From NCBI GenBank assembly GCA_038241165.1, contig JBBRFZ010000001.1, positions 1 through 45,920 of the forward strand: DNA of 45,920 nucleotides, written 5' to 3'. The stretch comes from Burkholderiales bacterium. Its GTDB lineage: Bacteria; Pseudomonadota; Gammaproteobacteria; Burkholderiales; Gallionellaceae. This document shows positions 1 to 8,362 of this stretch, piece by piece. The notes beneath the pieces are model-generated. The model worked only from the letters and a program-made list of their open reading frames with translations. It made no database searches and had not been told where the DNA came from. Within the stretch, counting starts at the first letter, position 1. Every line of letters starts with the position of its first letter. A program made the position numbers and the translations under genes.

Positions 1-469
1 CAAATCTGCGCTTTAACCAGTAGCCAGCCAAGTGCGCCGTATAGGCCCCGCCTGTTGAATAGACAAGCACGGGTTTTTGCTTCCGTATGATGCGTGCGCT
101 GGTGAAATAAGCCGTGATCGCCCACGACCAATGTGTTTCAATTCGGATGAAAAGCTTTTCAATCAGGATGAAAGGCAACAGCACCAAGGAAATCAGAGTC
201 ATTACAAGCCTGTAAACAAAACGTGAGGAGATGCGCTGCTTCAGATAGTGGCGCAAATCGAAGCGTAAAGCTACCGGCCCTGCTGGCAGTACCTGATGAT
301 GCTCGATCACCCGGTCCTTTTTTCCGGTGATTGCGCTGATAACAATCGGTTCAATGCCCAGATTGAGCAAGTGCGGAATCTTGTCCGTGATGGTCTGGCT
401 TGCTGCCCGCCCATCCATATTGAAACCGTGAGATAGGATCAGCCAGACTTGTTTGTCTTCGTCGCTCAT
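1..469 (-). CDS. Glycosyltransferase, GT-B/family 4-like (N-terminal part; runs off the window)
   Basis: Hand translation from ATG at 469: MSDEDKQVWLILSHGFNMDGRAASQTITDKIPHLL...KPVLVYSTGGAYTAHLAGYWLKRRF, open to base 1; resembles the N-terminal domain of LPS glycosyltransferases; follows msbA. Confidence 0.6.
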   Translation of the reverse strand, partial: MSDEDKQVWLILSHGFNMDGRAASQTITDKIPHLLNLGIEPIVISAITGKKDRVIEHHQVLPAGPVALRFDLRHYLKQRISSRFVYRLVMTLISLVLLPFILIEKLFIRIETHWSWAITAYFTSARIIRKQKPVLVYSTGGAYTAHLAGYWLKRRF

Positions 470-540
470 ATGTAGAAATTACTCAGTGGTCAGAAATTAC
501 ATCTACAAATACTATTATCACATGTGCAATCGAAGAATTC

Positions 541-600
541 TGTAGGAGCGGGCCATGCCCGCGATAGCGACCTAGGTCGCGGGCATGGCCCGCTCCTACA
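541..600. repeat. GTAG-type REP doublet (perfect 24-bp inverted repeat)
   Basis: TGTAGGAGCGGGCCATGCCCGCGA (541-564) and its exact reverse complement (577-600), 12-bp spacer. Confidence 0.9.
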
Positions 601-698
601 CGAGGGCCATTTTCGATGGCGCACAACATGAACAGAAGCTTCTGATGTAGCCATATTTACTGACTTATGTGTAAATCAAACCGCGAATGGAGGTTATT

Positions 699-2441
699 TT
701 AATGGGCATTGGCAAATTGAATGCGGTGTAACTGCGCATACACGCCGTTCTTTGCCAATAATTCAGTATGCGTACCAGTCTCGACGATCTCGCCCTTCTG
801 CAGTACGACGATGCGGTCGGCCTTTTCGATGGTGGACAGCCGATGCGCGATGACCAGCGAAGTGCGGCCCTGCATCAGAGTCTCCAGCGCGGCCTGAACC
901 TGGCGTTCCGATTCGCTGTCCAGCGCAGAAGTGGCTTCGTCGAGAATCAGGATAGGCGCGTTTTTGAGTATCGCGCGCGCGATCGCGATGCGCTGGCGCT
1001 GGCCGCCGGAAAGCTTCACGCCGCGTTCGCCGACCAGCGTGTTAAATCCTTCCGGCATTTCGCGTATGAATTCCATTGCATGTGCGGCTTGTGCGGCGGC
1101 GATGATTTCCGCCTCCGGCACTTCGCGCATCTGGCCGTAGGTGATATTGGCGGCGAGCGTGTCGTTGAACAGCACCACTTCCTGACTGACCAGCGCTATG
1201 TTGGCGCGCAGGCTGGTCAGTGTGAGATCGGCAAGATCATGGCCGTCCAGCGCGATGCGCCCGCTATTGGGCAGGTAAAAGCGCGGAACCAGATTTGCCA
1301 GGGTGGTCTTGCCGCTGCCTGATGCACCCACCAGCGCGACGGCTTGCCCCGCGGGGATTTCCAGGCAGATGTCGCGCAATGCCAGCCGGTCATCCTGCTG
1401 ATAGGACAGGTTCACATGCTCGAATTCGATCCGGCCGTTGGCGCGTCCTATGGATATTTTTCCGGCGTCGGTTTCGCCGGGCGTATCAAGCAAGCCAAAT
1501 ATGCTTTCCGATGCCGCCAGCCCGCGCTGCAGGAATTCACTGACGCCGGTCAGGCGTTTGATCGGGGCAGTCAGCATCAGCATGGCGGCGATAAACGAAA
1601 GGAAGCCGCCGACGGTGGTTTCATCGCTGCGTGACTGCACCGTGGCAAGATAGACGATGACAGCCAGCGCCATAGCGGCAATCATCTGCACCAGTGGAAC
1701 ATTGGCTGCAGCCGCCATGGTTTGTTTCATGATGTAGCGACGTACCCAGTTGGTCTTGTCGCTAAACCGGTCATTTTCGTATTGCTGTCCGCCAAACAAC
1801 TTGACCACCTTGTGCGCGGCAACGCTTTCCTCTATCACCTGTGTGATATCGCCCATCGCGTGTTGCGAACTGCGACTGGCATCGCGCAGGCGGGCGTTGA
1901 TGATTTTCAGGATGAACGCAATAACAGGCAGCATCACCAGACTGAGCAGTGTAAGCTTCCAGTTGAGATAGAACAACCAGCCGAGCAGTCCGATAATGAT
2001 GATGGTATCCCGGACCGAAACGGTTACGATGCTGGTGGCCGCCGCAGTCACCTGGGTGACATCGTAGATCAATTTGGAGATCAGGTTGCCGGTGGCGTGA
2101 TCGTCATAAAACTGAGTGGGAAGCGTGAGCAATTTTTGAAACATTTTCTCGCGCAGGTCCATCACCACCTTGTTGCCGACCCAGCCGATGGCATAGGTAC
2201 CGATGAATGAAGAGACACCCCGTACGAAAAAGATCAGCAAAATGATCAGGGGTGCAAGTTTGATCACAGTGTTATCTTTGTGTACGAAAGTGCCGTCCAA
2301 CATGGGTTTCAGCAAAGCCGGCAGCAACGGCTCTGTTGCTGCTGTCACTGCCATCGCGAGGATGGATATTGCAAAGGTGCGCCAATAGGGTTTGACGTAG
2401 CCGAGAAGGCGCAAATAGAGCTGGGTGCTGGTAAGATTCAT
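699..2441 (-). CDS. msbA: Lipid A export ABC transporter MsbA
   Basis: N-terminal TM domain plus Walker A GASGSGKT, signature LSGGQRQR, ILILDEATSALD; start moved to MNLTSTQLYLRLL at 2441. Confidence 0.93.
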   Translation of the reverse strand: MNLTSTQLYLRLLGYVKPYWRTFAISILAMAVTAATEPLLPALLKPMLDGTFVHKDNTVIKLAPLIILLIFFVRGVSSFIGTYAIGWVGNKVVMDLREKMFQKLLTLPTQFYDDHATGNLISKLIYDVTQVTAAATSIVTVSVRDTIIIIGLLGWLFYLNWKLTLLSLVMLPVIAFILKIINARLRDASRSSQHAMGDITQVIEESVAAHKVVKLFGGQQYENDRFSDKTNWVRRYIMKQTMAAAANVPLVQMIAAMALAVIVYLATVQSRSDETTVGGFLSFIAAMLMLTAPIKRLTGVSEFLQRGLAASESIFGLLDTPGETDAGKISIGRANGRIEFEHVNLSYQQDDRLALRDICLEIPAGQAVALVGASGSGKTTLANLVPRFYLPNSGRIALDGHDLADLTLTSLRANIALVSQEVVLFNDTLAANITYGQMREVPEAEIIAAAQAAHAMEFIREMPEGFNTLVGERGVKLSGGQRQRIAIARAILKNAPILILDEATSALDSESERQVQAALETLMQGRTSLVIAHRLSTIEKADRIVVLQKGEIVETGTHTELLAKNGVYAQLHRIQFANAH

Positions 2442-2601
2442 GGCGCGCACTTTAGCAGAAAACACCCCATCCAGCTTCTTCAGGCAGGCAACGGGGTGTT
2501 GCGGCGCAGGAATACCAAGGGTCAAAACACGAACGGTATTCATCGAAAGAACACAAATATCTGATACGCTGTTTTTCAGATTAACAAGGCTGGATGACGC
2601 A

Positions 2602-3423
2602 ATGGCGATTTATGCAGTGGGCGACATTCAAGGCTGCCATGCCGAATTGGTGCAACTGCTCGATCGAATCAATTTCGATCCGGCTGAGGACCGACTCTGG
2701 CTGGTCGGTGATCTGGTTAACCGTGGGCCGGGTTCGCTGGAAGTGCTGCGCCTTGTCAAATCGTTGGGCGACAGCGCGATCACCGTGCTTGGCAATCACG
2801 ACCTGCATCTGCTTGCCGTTGCCGAAGGCGCGGCGGAACTGCATCGTACCGACACGCTGGACGAGATACTCAATGCGCCGGATCGCGATGAGTTGTTGCA
2901 CTGGCTGCGCAACCAGCGCCTGCTGTATGAGCAAGACGGTTTCGTGCTGGTCCACGCCGGTTTGCTACCGCAATGGAGCGTGATGGAAGCAGAGAGCCTG
3001 GCGCGCGAAGTCGAAGTGGCGTTGCGAGGCGGCGACTATGTGACCTTCCTCGATCGTATGTACGGCAACGCCCCGCAAGAGTGGGACGACAGCCTCACCG
3101 GCTACAAGCGCCTGCGTGTGATTGTCAATGCATTTACCAGGTTGCGTATCTGCACCAAACAGGGCGGGATGGAATTCAGATTCAAGGGCGAAGTGGAGAA
3201 TATTCCCGCAGGCTACATGCCGTGGTTCGACGTGCCCAAGCGTGCCAGCCGCGATGCAACCGTGATCTTCGGCCACTGGTCTGCGCTGGGTCTGAAGCTC
3301 GAACCGCGCGTCATCGCACTGGACACCGGCTGCCTGTGGGGCGGCCTGATGACAGCGATCCGGCTGGAGGACAGGAAGCTGTTTCAGGTGAGTTGCAATA
3401 CCCCGGTGGCGAAACATTGGTGA
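2602..3423 (+). CDS. apaH: Symmetrical bis(5'-nucleosyl)-tetraphosphatase
   Basis: MAIYAVGDIQGC, GDLVNRGP, LGNHDLHLL, FGHWSALG, LDTGCLWGG metallophosphoesterase motifs. Confidence 0.95.
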   Translation: MAIYAVGDIQGCHAELVQLLDRINFDPAEDRLWLVGDLVNRGPGSLEVLRLVKSLGDSAITVLGNHDLHLLAVAEGAAELHRTDTLDEILNAPDRDELLHWLRNQRLLYEQDGFVLVHAGLLPQWSVMEAESLAREVEVALRGGDYVTFLDRMYGNAPQEWDDSLTGYKRLRVIVNAFTRLRICTKQGGMEFRFKGEVENIPAGYMPWFDVPKRASRDATVIFGHWSALGLKLEPRVIALDTGCLWGGLMTAIRLEDRKLFQVSCNTPVAKHW

Positions 3424-3445
3424 TCGACCAGAATATAGTTTGATT

Positions 3446-3550
3446 GCTTGGCGCGAAATGCGTGATGTTCACCTATTTCTTGTGCTATCGCCGCGTATTT
3501 TCAATGAGAAAACCGTTCGTGTCCTGCGTATGTGGGCGCACTATGAATAA
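3446..3550 (+). pseudogene. Chimeric toxin remnant (MazF/PemK-like N-terminal fragment fused to YoeB/Txe-like C-terminus)
   Basis: Hand translation AWREMRDVHLFLVLSPRIFNEKT-VRVLRMWAHYE*; first part resembles MazF-family GREMxDxHPxLVLSPxxFNxxT, last part resembles YoeB C-terminus VxVLRMWTHYE. Confidence 0.5.
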
Positions 3551-3646
3551 ACGGGCCAATCCATCCATCAACACGGGTGCCGTTTGATGAAGCTGCGGCG
3601 GTAGTTTGTCATTGAATTGGTTCCGATGAGTGATGGGTAGCTTTGC

Positions 3647-3696
3647 ATAGCCATCTGACTAAGCTGTCCAAAAACAACAGCCAAGTCATTGGTTAT
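3647..3696 (-). repeat. ~50-bp hairpin mini-element, copy A
   Basis: Minus strand ATAACCAATGACTTGGCTGTTGTTTTTGGACAGCTTAGTCAGATGGCTAT; shares ends with 4367-4416, 23194-23239, 41778-41826. Confidence 0.75.
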
Positions 3697-3718
3697 CGCT
3701 GCGCTCAACCCATCCTAC
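3691..3718 (-). repeat. REP (GTAGGATGGGTTGAGCGCAGCGATAACC family)
   Basis: Reverse complement of the REP at 3768. Confidence 0.85.
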
Positions 3719-3767
3719 ACGCCAATAACCTAAGCATCATCTGCTCTGCCTGCCGCGCATAGCCCGA

Positions 3768-3799
3768 GTAGGATGGGTTGAGCGCAGCGATAACCATCA
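3768..3799 (+). repeat. REP GTAGGATGGGTTGAGCGCAGCGATAACCATCA
   Basis: GTAG tetranucleotide followed by imperfect hairpin; overlaps the RAYT stop codon. Confidence 0.88.
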
Positions 3800-4339
3800 A
3801 TCGCATGCTTCTCGCTCGCCGTAATTCATTCCCACTATCGCACTCCCGCCCCAATCTGCGGGCAAAATTCCCGCCTGCACATAGCGGTGAAATGACGAAT
3901 GCGGCCACTCGGGAACTTGTTTTGCCCACCCGTGTTTGACGGGATTGATGTGGATGTAATCGACATGCCGGGCAAAATCTTCTTCGTCACGGATCAGGTG
4001 CTCCCAATATCGCCGCTGCCATATCCCGCGTTCGCCTTTATCTTTGCGGCTTTCAGAACGGTGTTCTCCATGCGGAAGGCTGCGTGAAAACGCAGTTTTT
4101 ATCAGCCTCCAGCGCAGGGCGAAATCGCTATCGTCGGCAGGTAATGTCCAGATGGTATGCAGGCGATCCGGTAATACGACGATGGCATCCATCGTAAAGG
4201 GATGGCGGGTTCGGGTGTATTCGAAGGTGCTGCGCAAGAGCGCGATGTGTTCGACCAAAAGTGAAGATGCACGGTCGGCGAGATTGACCGTGAAGAAGTA
4301 GCTGGCTCCGGGAATGTTGCTGCGACGGTAGTTTGTCAT
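3797..4339 (-). mobile_element. REP-associated tyrosine transposase (RAYT, Y1/HUH family); first HUH His replaced by Arg
   Basis: MTNYRR..PGASYFFTVNL, VVLPDRLHTIWTLP, IWQRRYWEHLIRDEEDFARHVDYIHINPVKHG, WPHSSFHRYV; flanked by inverted REPs. Confidence 0.92.
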
Positions 4340-4366
4340 TTGGTTAGTGTTGATGGGTAGCTTTGC

Positions 4367-4416
4367 ATAGCCATCTGACTAAGCTGTCCAAAAACGACAG
4401 CCAAGTCATTGGTTAT
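4367..4416 (-). repeat. ~50-bp hairpin mini-element, copy B
   Basis: One mismatch to copy A. Confidence 0.75.
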
Positions 4417-4438
4417 CGCTGTGCTCAACCCATCCTAC
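4411..4438 (-). repeat. REP (same family as 3768); supplies the kinase stop codon
   Basis: Minus strand GTAGGATGGGTTGAGCACAGCGATAACC. Confidence 0.85.
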
Positions 4439-5357
4439 ATGCGGCCAACAATTTTTGCATCATCTGCTCAGCCTGTCGCACATAACTTCCGCCGAACAGG
4501 TTGGCATGGTTGAGGATATGGTACAGGTTGTATAACTCGCGGCGTGTCGCGTAGCCCGGATCCAGCGGATAGGCTTTGCGATAGGCAGCGTAGAAATCCG
4601 TAGGGTATCCACCGAACAATTCCGTCATCGCGAGGTCGCATTCGCGGTCGCCGTAATAGACCGCCGGATCGAAGATCGTCGGTGTGCCGTCGGCAAGAAA
4701 TCCATGGTTGCCGCCCCACAGGTCGCCGTGTAGCAAAGCAGGCTGCGGTATATAGCCGATAAAGAAGGCGGGTAGCGCCCCCATCAGCTTTTCACCGAGG
4801 TACTGCAATTTCCCACCGTAGCCATTCTCCACCGCGAGGCGCAGCTGAAAGCCCAGTCGATGTTCGCGCCAGAACGTCACCCAATCAGCGGTCCATGCAT
4901 TCGGTTGCGGTGTGGTGCCGATGAAGTTGTCTTGTGCGAAGCCGAAGCAGGATGATGCATCTCCCCTCCCTCCTTCTTGCAGGGGGAGGGAGGGGGTCGA
5001 GGTGTTGCGATGCAATACGGCAAGTTGTTCCCCGAGCTGCGTAGCATCGCCGCGCAAACCCAGTTCCAGGTATTCCAGCACCAGATAGCTTTGCCTGCCC
5101 GCGATGCCGTGTGCAATCGGTCGCGGCACGCGTAACGTGTTCGTCGCGGCGATCGCTTCCAGGCCGGCGGCTTCGGCGACAAACATGTCCAGATGCCTGG
5201 CTTCGTTCAGTTTGACAAAATAGCGTGTACCGTCCGTTCCTTCCAGCCGGTAAGCCTCGTTGATACTGCCACCGCCGACAGGTGCCGCGCCGCGCACCTG
5301 GAACGGGCGTTGCGTCGCATCATGAATTGCCGATGCGACGATGCCCCAGTCAGTCAT
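4425..5357 (-). CDS. Fructosamine kinase family protein
   Basis: VGGGSIN, YFVKLN, LLHGDLWGGN, IFDPAVYYGDRECDLAMTELFGG, YNLYHILNHANLFG. Confidence 0.92.
   Translation of the reverse strand: MTDWGIVASAIHDATQRPFQVRGAAPVGGGSINEAYRLEGTDGTRYFVKLNEARHLDMFVAEAAGLEAIAATNTLRVPRPIAHGIAGRQSYLVLEYLELGLRGDATQLGEQLAVLHRNTSTPSLPLQEGGRGDASSCFGFAQDNFIGTTPQPNAWTADWVTFWREHRLGFQLRLAVENGYGGKLQYLGEKLMGALPAFFIGYIPQPALLHGDLWGGNHGFLADGTPTIFDPAVYYGDRECDLAMTELFGGYPTDFYAAYRKAYPLDPGYATRRELYNLYHILNHANLFGGSYVRQAEQMMQKLLAACRMG
4961..4996. repeat. In-frame C-rich/G-rich palindromic insertion in the kinase gene
   Basis: Minus strand CCCCCTCCCTCCCCCTGCAAGAAGGAGGGAGGGGAG, encodes PSLPLQEGGRG; 15 nt identical to the polA insertion. 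Confidence 0.7.
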
Positions 5358-5360
5358 GAA

Positions 5361-6299
5361 TCAAAGTGTTATGGCACTGCCGAAGTGCTGTTCATACAGC
5401 CCCGCCAGTTCGGCGCGCGTGTAGCGGTGGTTCTGACCGCCGCGATTGGCGATCTTGATTGAGCCCATCAGCGAGGCGAGGCGTCCGGTGGTCTCCCAAT
5501 CCCAGCCCTGCTGAATGCCGTACAGCAAGCCGGCGCGATAGGCATCGCCGCAGCCGGTCGGGTCGACAATGGCTTGAGGTTTGGGAGTGGGAATCGCGAT
5601 CTGCTTTCCATCGGCATAGATCAACGAGCCGTCTGCGCCCAGCGTGACGATCAGCGCTTTCACGCGCTGCGCGATCTCGTTCAGCGTCTTGCCGGTTTTG
5701 TCCTGCAACATCTTGGCTTCGTAATCGTTTACGGTGACATAAGTGGACTGTTCGACGAATATCAGCAGTTCGCTGCCCGAGAACATTGGCATGCCCTGAC
5801 CCGGATCGAATATGAAAGGGATGTTCAGATCGGCGAATTCCAGCGCGTGCTGGATCATGCCCTCGCGTCCATCCGGTGAAACGATACCCAGCGTGACCTC
5901 CTTTGCTGCTGAAACGCTGTTCAGGTGCGACTGATTCATCGCGCCGGGATGGAACGCGGTGATCTGGTTGTCGTCCAGGTCGGTGGTGATGAAGGCTTGC
6001 CCGGTGAAGTGTTCTGCCACATGCCGGATATGGGTTTGTGCCAGGCCGAGATTGTCCAGACGCGAGGCGTAAGGCGCAAAATCGTCGCCCACCGTCGCCA
6101 TGATCAGCGGATTCCCGCCCAGCATCTGAAGGTTGTACGCGATGTTGCCCGCGCAGCCGCCGTATTCGCGACGCATTTCCGGCACCAGGAAGGCGACGTT
6201 GAGGATATGAATTTGTTCGGGAAGGATATGGTTTTTAAATTTATCCTTGAACACCATGATGGTGTCGTAAGCCATGGAACCGCAAATCAGAGTGTGCAT
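5361..6299 (-). CDS. PfkB family carbohydrate/adenosine kinase
   Basis: GSMAYD, GGCAGNIAY, DPGQ, VDPTGCGDAYRAGLLYG motifs. Confidence 0.9.
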   Translation of the reverse strand: MHTLICGSMAYDTIMVFKDKFKNHILPEQIHILNVAFLVPEMRREYGGCAGNIAYNLQMLGGNPLIMATVGDDFAPYASRLDNLGLAQTHIRHVAEHFTGQAFITTDLDDNQITAFHPGAMNQSHLNSVSAAKEVTLGIVSPDGREGMIQHALEFADLNIPFIFDPGQGMPMFSGSELLIFVEQSTYVTVNDYEAKMLQDKTGKTLNEIAQRVKALIVTLGADGSLIYADGKQIAIPTPKPQAIVDPTGCGDAYRAGLLYGIQQGWDWETTGRLASLMGSIKIANRGGQNHRYTRAELAGLYEQHFGSAITL

Positions 6300-6581
6300 C
6301 GTCAAGTCCGGGCAATGTTGAATGAATCGAATTGTAGCATTGCGCCGGACCAGTCCAGACCAGTCCAGACCAGAAACCGGAAGCCGGCAGCCGGAACCTG
6401 AATTGTCGCAGCGTGTCGGTTGCCTAGTCGTTTGAAATCCCCGATAATTTGTCCGTTGCTGGCAACGTACGCCAGAAATATCACGACAGACATATCACGA
6501 CAGGGACAACATCCTTTCCACAGAATGACCCCATTTAGGGTTCACCCAACTTATAGTTACGATCACCGGCGATATATCCAG

Positions 6582-7835
6582 ATGAATATACAGTTTCAGC
6601 GCGCGGTTGACCGATATGCAGGCGTGCCGATCTGCGCTTTGCTTTCACTGGTGAACCGTGTCGTGTCTAATGAACCCGATGGCGCTCCCCACAAAAACAT
6701 ACTGGTCATTCTGTTGTCCGAAATGGGCAGCCTGGTGCTGGCGCATCCGATGTTCATGCGCCTGAAGGAGCAATACCCGGAAGCGCAAATCCACGTGCTG
6801 ATGTTTGCCAAGAACCGCGAAGTGCTCGATCTGCTCGGCGTGATTCCGCGCGAGAACGTGATGACCCTGGATGACGGTTCGCTGAAAGGCCTGGTCGGCG
6901 ACAGCCTCAGTGCGATCCGCCGGATGCACAAACTCAAAATAGATGCGGTGATCGACTGCGAATTGTTCGCGCGCGTCAGCAGCATTTTTTCTTACCTTTC
7001 GGGAGCCTCGACTCGGGTGGGTTTTCATCCACATACCCAGGAAGGTTTGTATCGGGGTTCATTCATTAACCGCCCGGTGTTGTACAACCCCTACCGGCAC
7101 TTGACCCAGCAATTCCTGACACTGGCCTCGGCGCTGGAATCGACGACCGATCCGGTCGCCAAGCTGTTTCCTGCACCCTATACCGGCAAGACGCCGGTGC
7201 TGGAGTTTTCCCGCGAGGAACTGGCAGAAACATACCGGGAGTTGCACAACTTTTTCCCCGCGATCAAGGACAAGAAACTGGTATTGATCTATCCGAGTGG
7301 CGGGATCCTGCCGATACGCGCCTGGCCGCTCAAAAGCTATTTTCATCTGAGCCAGACCCTGCTGAACGAGGGTTATGCGGTGGGGGTGATCGGCATGAAG
7401 GGCGACCGGGAGATTTCCCAATCCGTTGTGGATCACTGCAACAGCCCGATCTGTGTCAATCTGGCCGGATATACCCGTTCGGTGCGACATCTGCTGGCGG
7501 TATTCCATCGTGCCGATCTGCTCGTCACCAACGATGGCGGTCCGGGACAATTCGCCGCGCTTACGCCGCAGCTTCCAGCGATCATATTTTTCGGACCGGA
7601 AACGCCGGTGCTGTATAAATCGCTGGGCGACAACGCCTACTGCTTCCACCGCCAGTTGCCCTGCTCGCCCTGCCTCACCGCATACAATCACCGCACCTCG
7701 CCCTGCGATGGCGATAACCAATGCCTGAAACAGATCACGGTCGAACAGGTGCTGGCAAAAGCCCGTGAGATGCTTGCCATGAGAAAAGATATGCCGCCAA
7801 CAGATGCCGCTGCACAGGATAGGCAATCGGCATGA
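6582..7835 (+). CDS. Glycosyltransferase family 9 (heptosyltransferase-like)
   Basis: ILVILLSEMGSLVL, RAWP, LLVTNDGGPGQFAA, FFGPETP, CSPC...C...CL C-terminal motif; start taken at MNIQFQR. Confidence 0.85.
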   Translation: MNIQFQRAVDRYAGVPICALLSLVNRVVSNEPDGAPHKNILVILLSEMGSLVLAHPMFMRLKEQYPEAQIHVLMFAKNREVLDLLGVIPRENVMTLDDGSLKGLVGDSLSAIRRMHKLKIDAVIDCELFARVSSIFSYLSGASTRVGFHPHTQEGLYRGSFINRPVLYNPYRHLTQQFLTLASALESTTDPVAKLFPAPYTGKTPVLEFSREELAETYRELHNFFPAIKDKKLVLIYPSGGILPIRAWPLKSYFHLSQTLLNEGYAVGVIGMKGDREISQSVVDHCNSPICVNLAGYTRSVRHLLAVFHRADLLVTNDGGPGQFAALTPQLPAIIFFGPETPVLYKSLGDNAYCFHRQLPCSPCLTAYNHRTSPCDGDNQCLKQITVEQVLAKAREMLAMRKDMPPTDAAAQDRQSA

Positions 7836-8362
7836 AGCGGATTACGCAGCACCCGCTGACTCTCTGGGTATTCAAAAAGCGCTTCATGAAATTCGGCGCC
7901 GTGGGCGCGTCCGGCGTGTTGGTCAATCTGGGTGTGCTGTACCTCTGCCAGGAATATTTGTTCAGCGCGATTCAATCCGAGAACGTGAGGTTGGATCTGT
8001 CACTGGTCGTGGCGATCTTTTTTGCAACCGTGAACAATTTTTTCTGGAATCGTTCCTGGACATGGAGCGATCGCTTTCATCGACCCGACAAACATCTGGT
8101 GTTGCACTTCGGTCAATACGCGCTGGCTTGCTGGGTCGGTATCGTGGTACAGGTCGTACTCACCAAGCTGTTCGTGATCTACTTCTACTACATCATTGCC
8201 AACGCTGTGGCCATCGCGCTGGCCAGCGTGTTCAATTTCCTGGTGAATAATTTCTGGACCTTTCGCAACCACAAGCCGGTAGATGAAATTGCGCTACCCA
8301 TCATCCCGGAACCTGACGACGCAATTCCAGAGCCGGACAGCGAACAGGAAAACCGCGGCTAA
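7832..8362 (+). CDS. GtrA family membrane protein (putative lipid-linked sugar flippase)
   Basis: KFGAVGASGVLVNLG, NNFFWNRSWTW, FNFLVNNFWTF; about 4 TM segments. Confidence 0.88.
   Translation: MKRITQHPLTLWVFKKRFMKFGAVGASGVLVNLGVLYLCQEYLFSAIQSENVRLDLSLVVAIFFATVNNFFWNRSWTWSDRFHRPDKHLVLHFGQYALACWVGIVVQVVLTKLFVIYFYYIIANAVAIALASVFNFLVNNFWTFRNHKPVDEIALPIIPEPDDAIPEPDSEQENRG

Larger units (their letters stand above)
3592..3761. repeat. Diverged direct repeat, copy 1 (RAYT start + mini-element + REP + kinase 3' end)
   Basis: Aligns with ~4319-4484; 3631-3718 vs 4351-4438 differ at 2 positions. Confidence 0.9.

Noticed and set aside
3705-3929. 74-aa ORF ending ...EQMMLRLLACRMG as a real gene
   Set aside because: Patchwork of an alternative RAYT frame, a REP and the duplicated kinase tail.
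3631-4438. CRISPR array or classical IS with TIRs
   Set aside because: Only two long copies 720 bp apart and GTAG hairpins; no regular repeat-spacer periodicity and no cas or DDE genes.
6348-6373. GACCAGTCCA tandem repeat (about 2.5 units) in a divergent promoter region
   Set aside because: Too short to support phase variation or an operator call.
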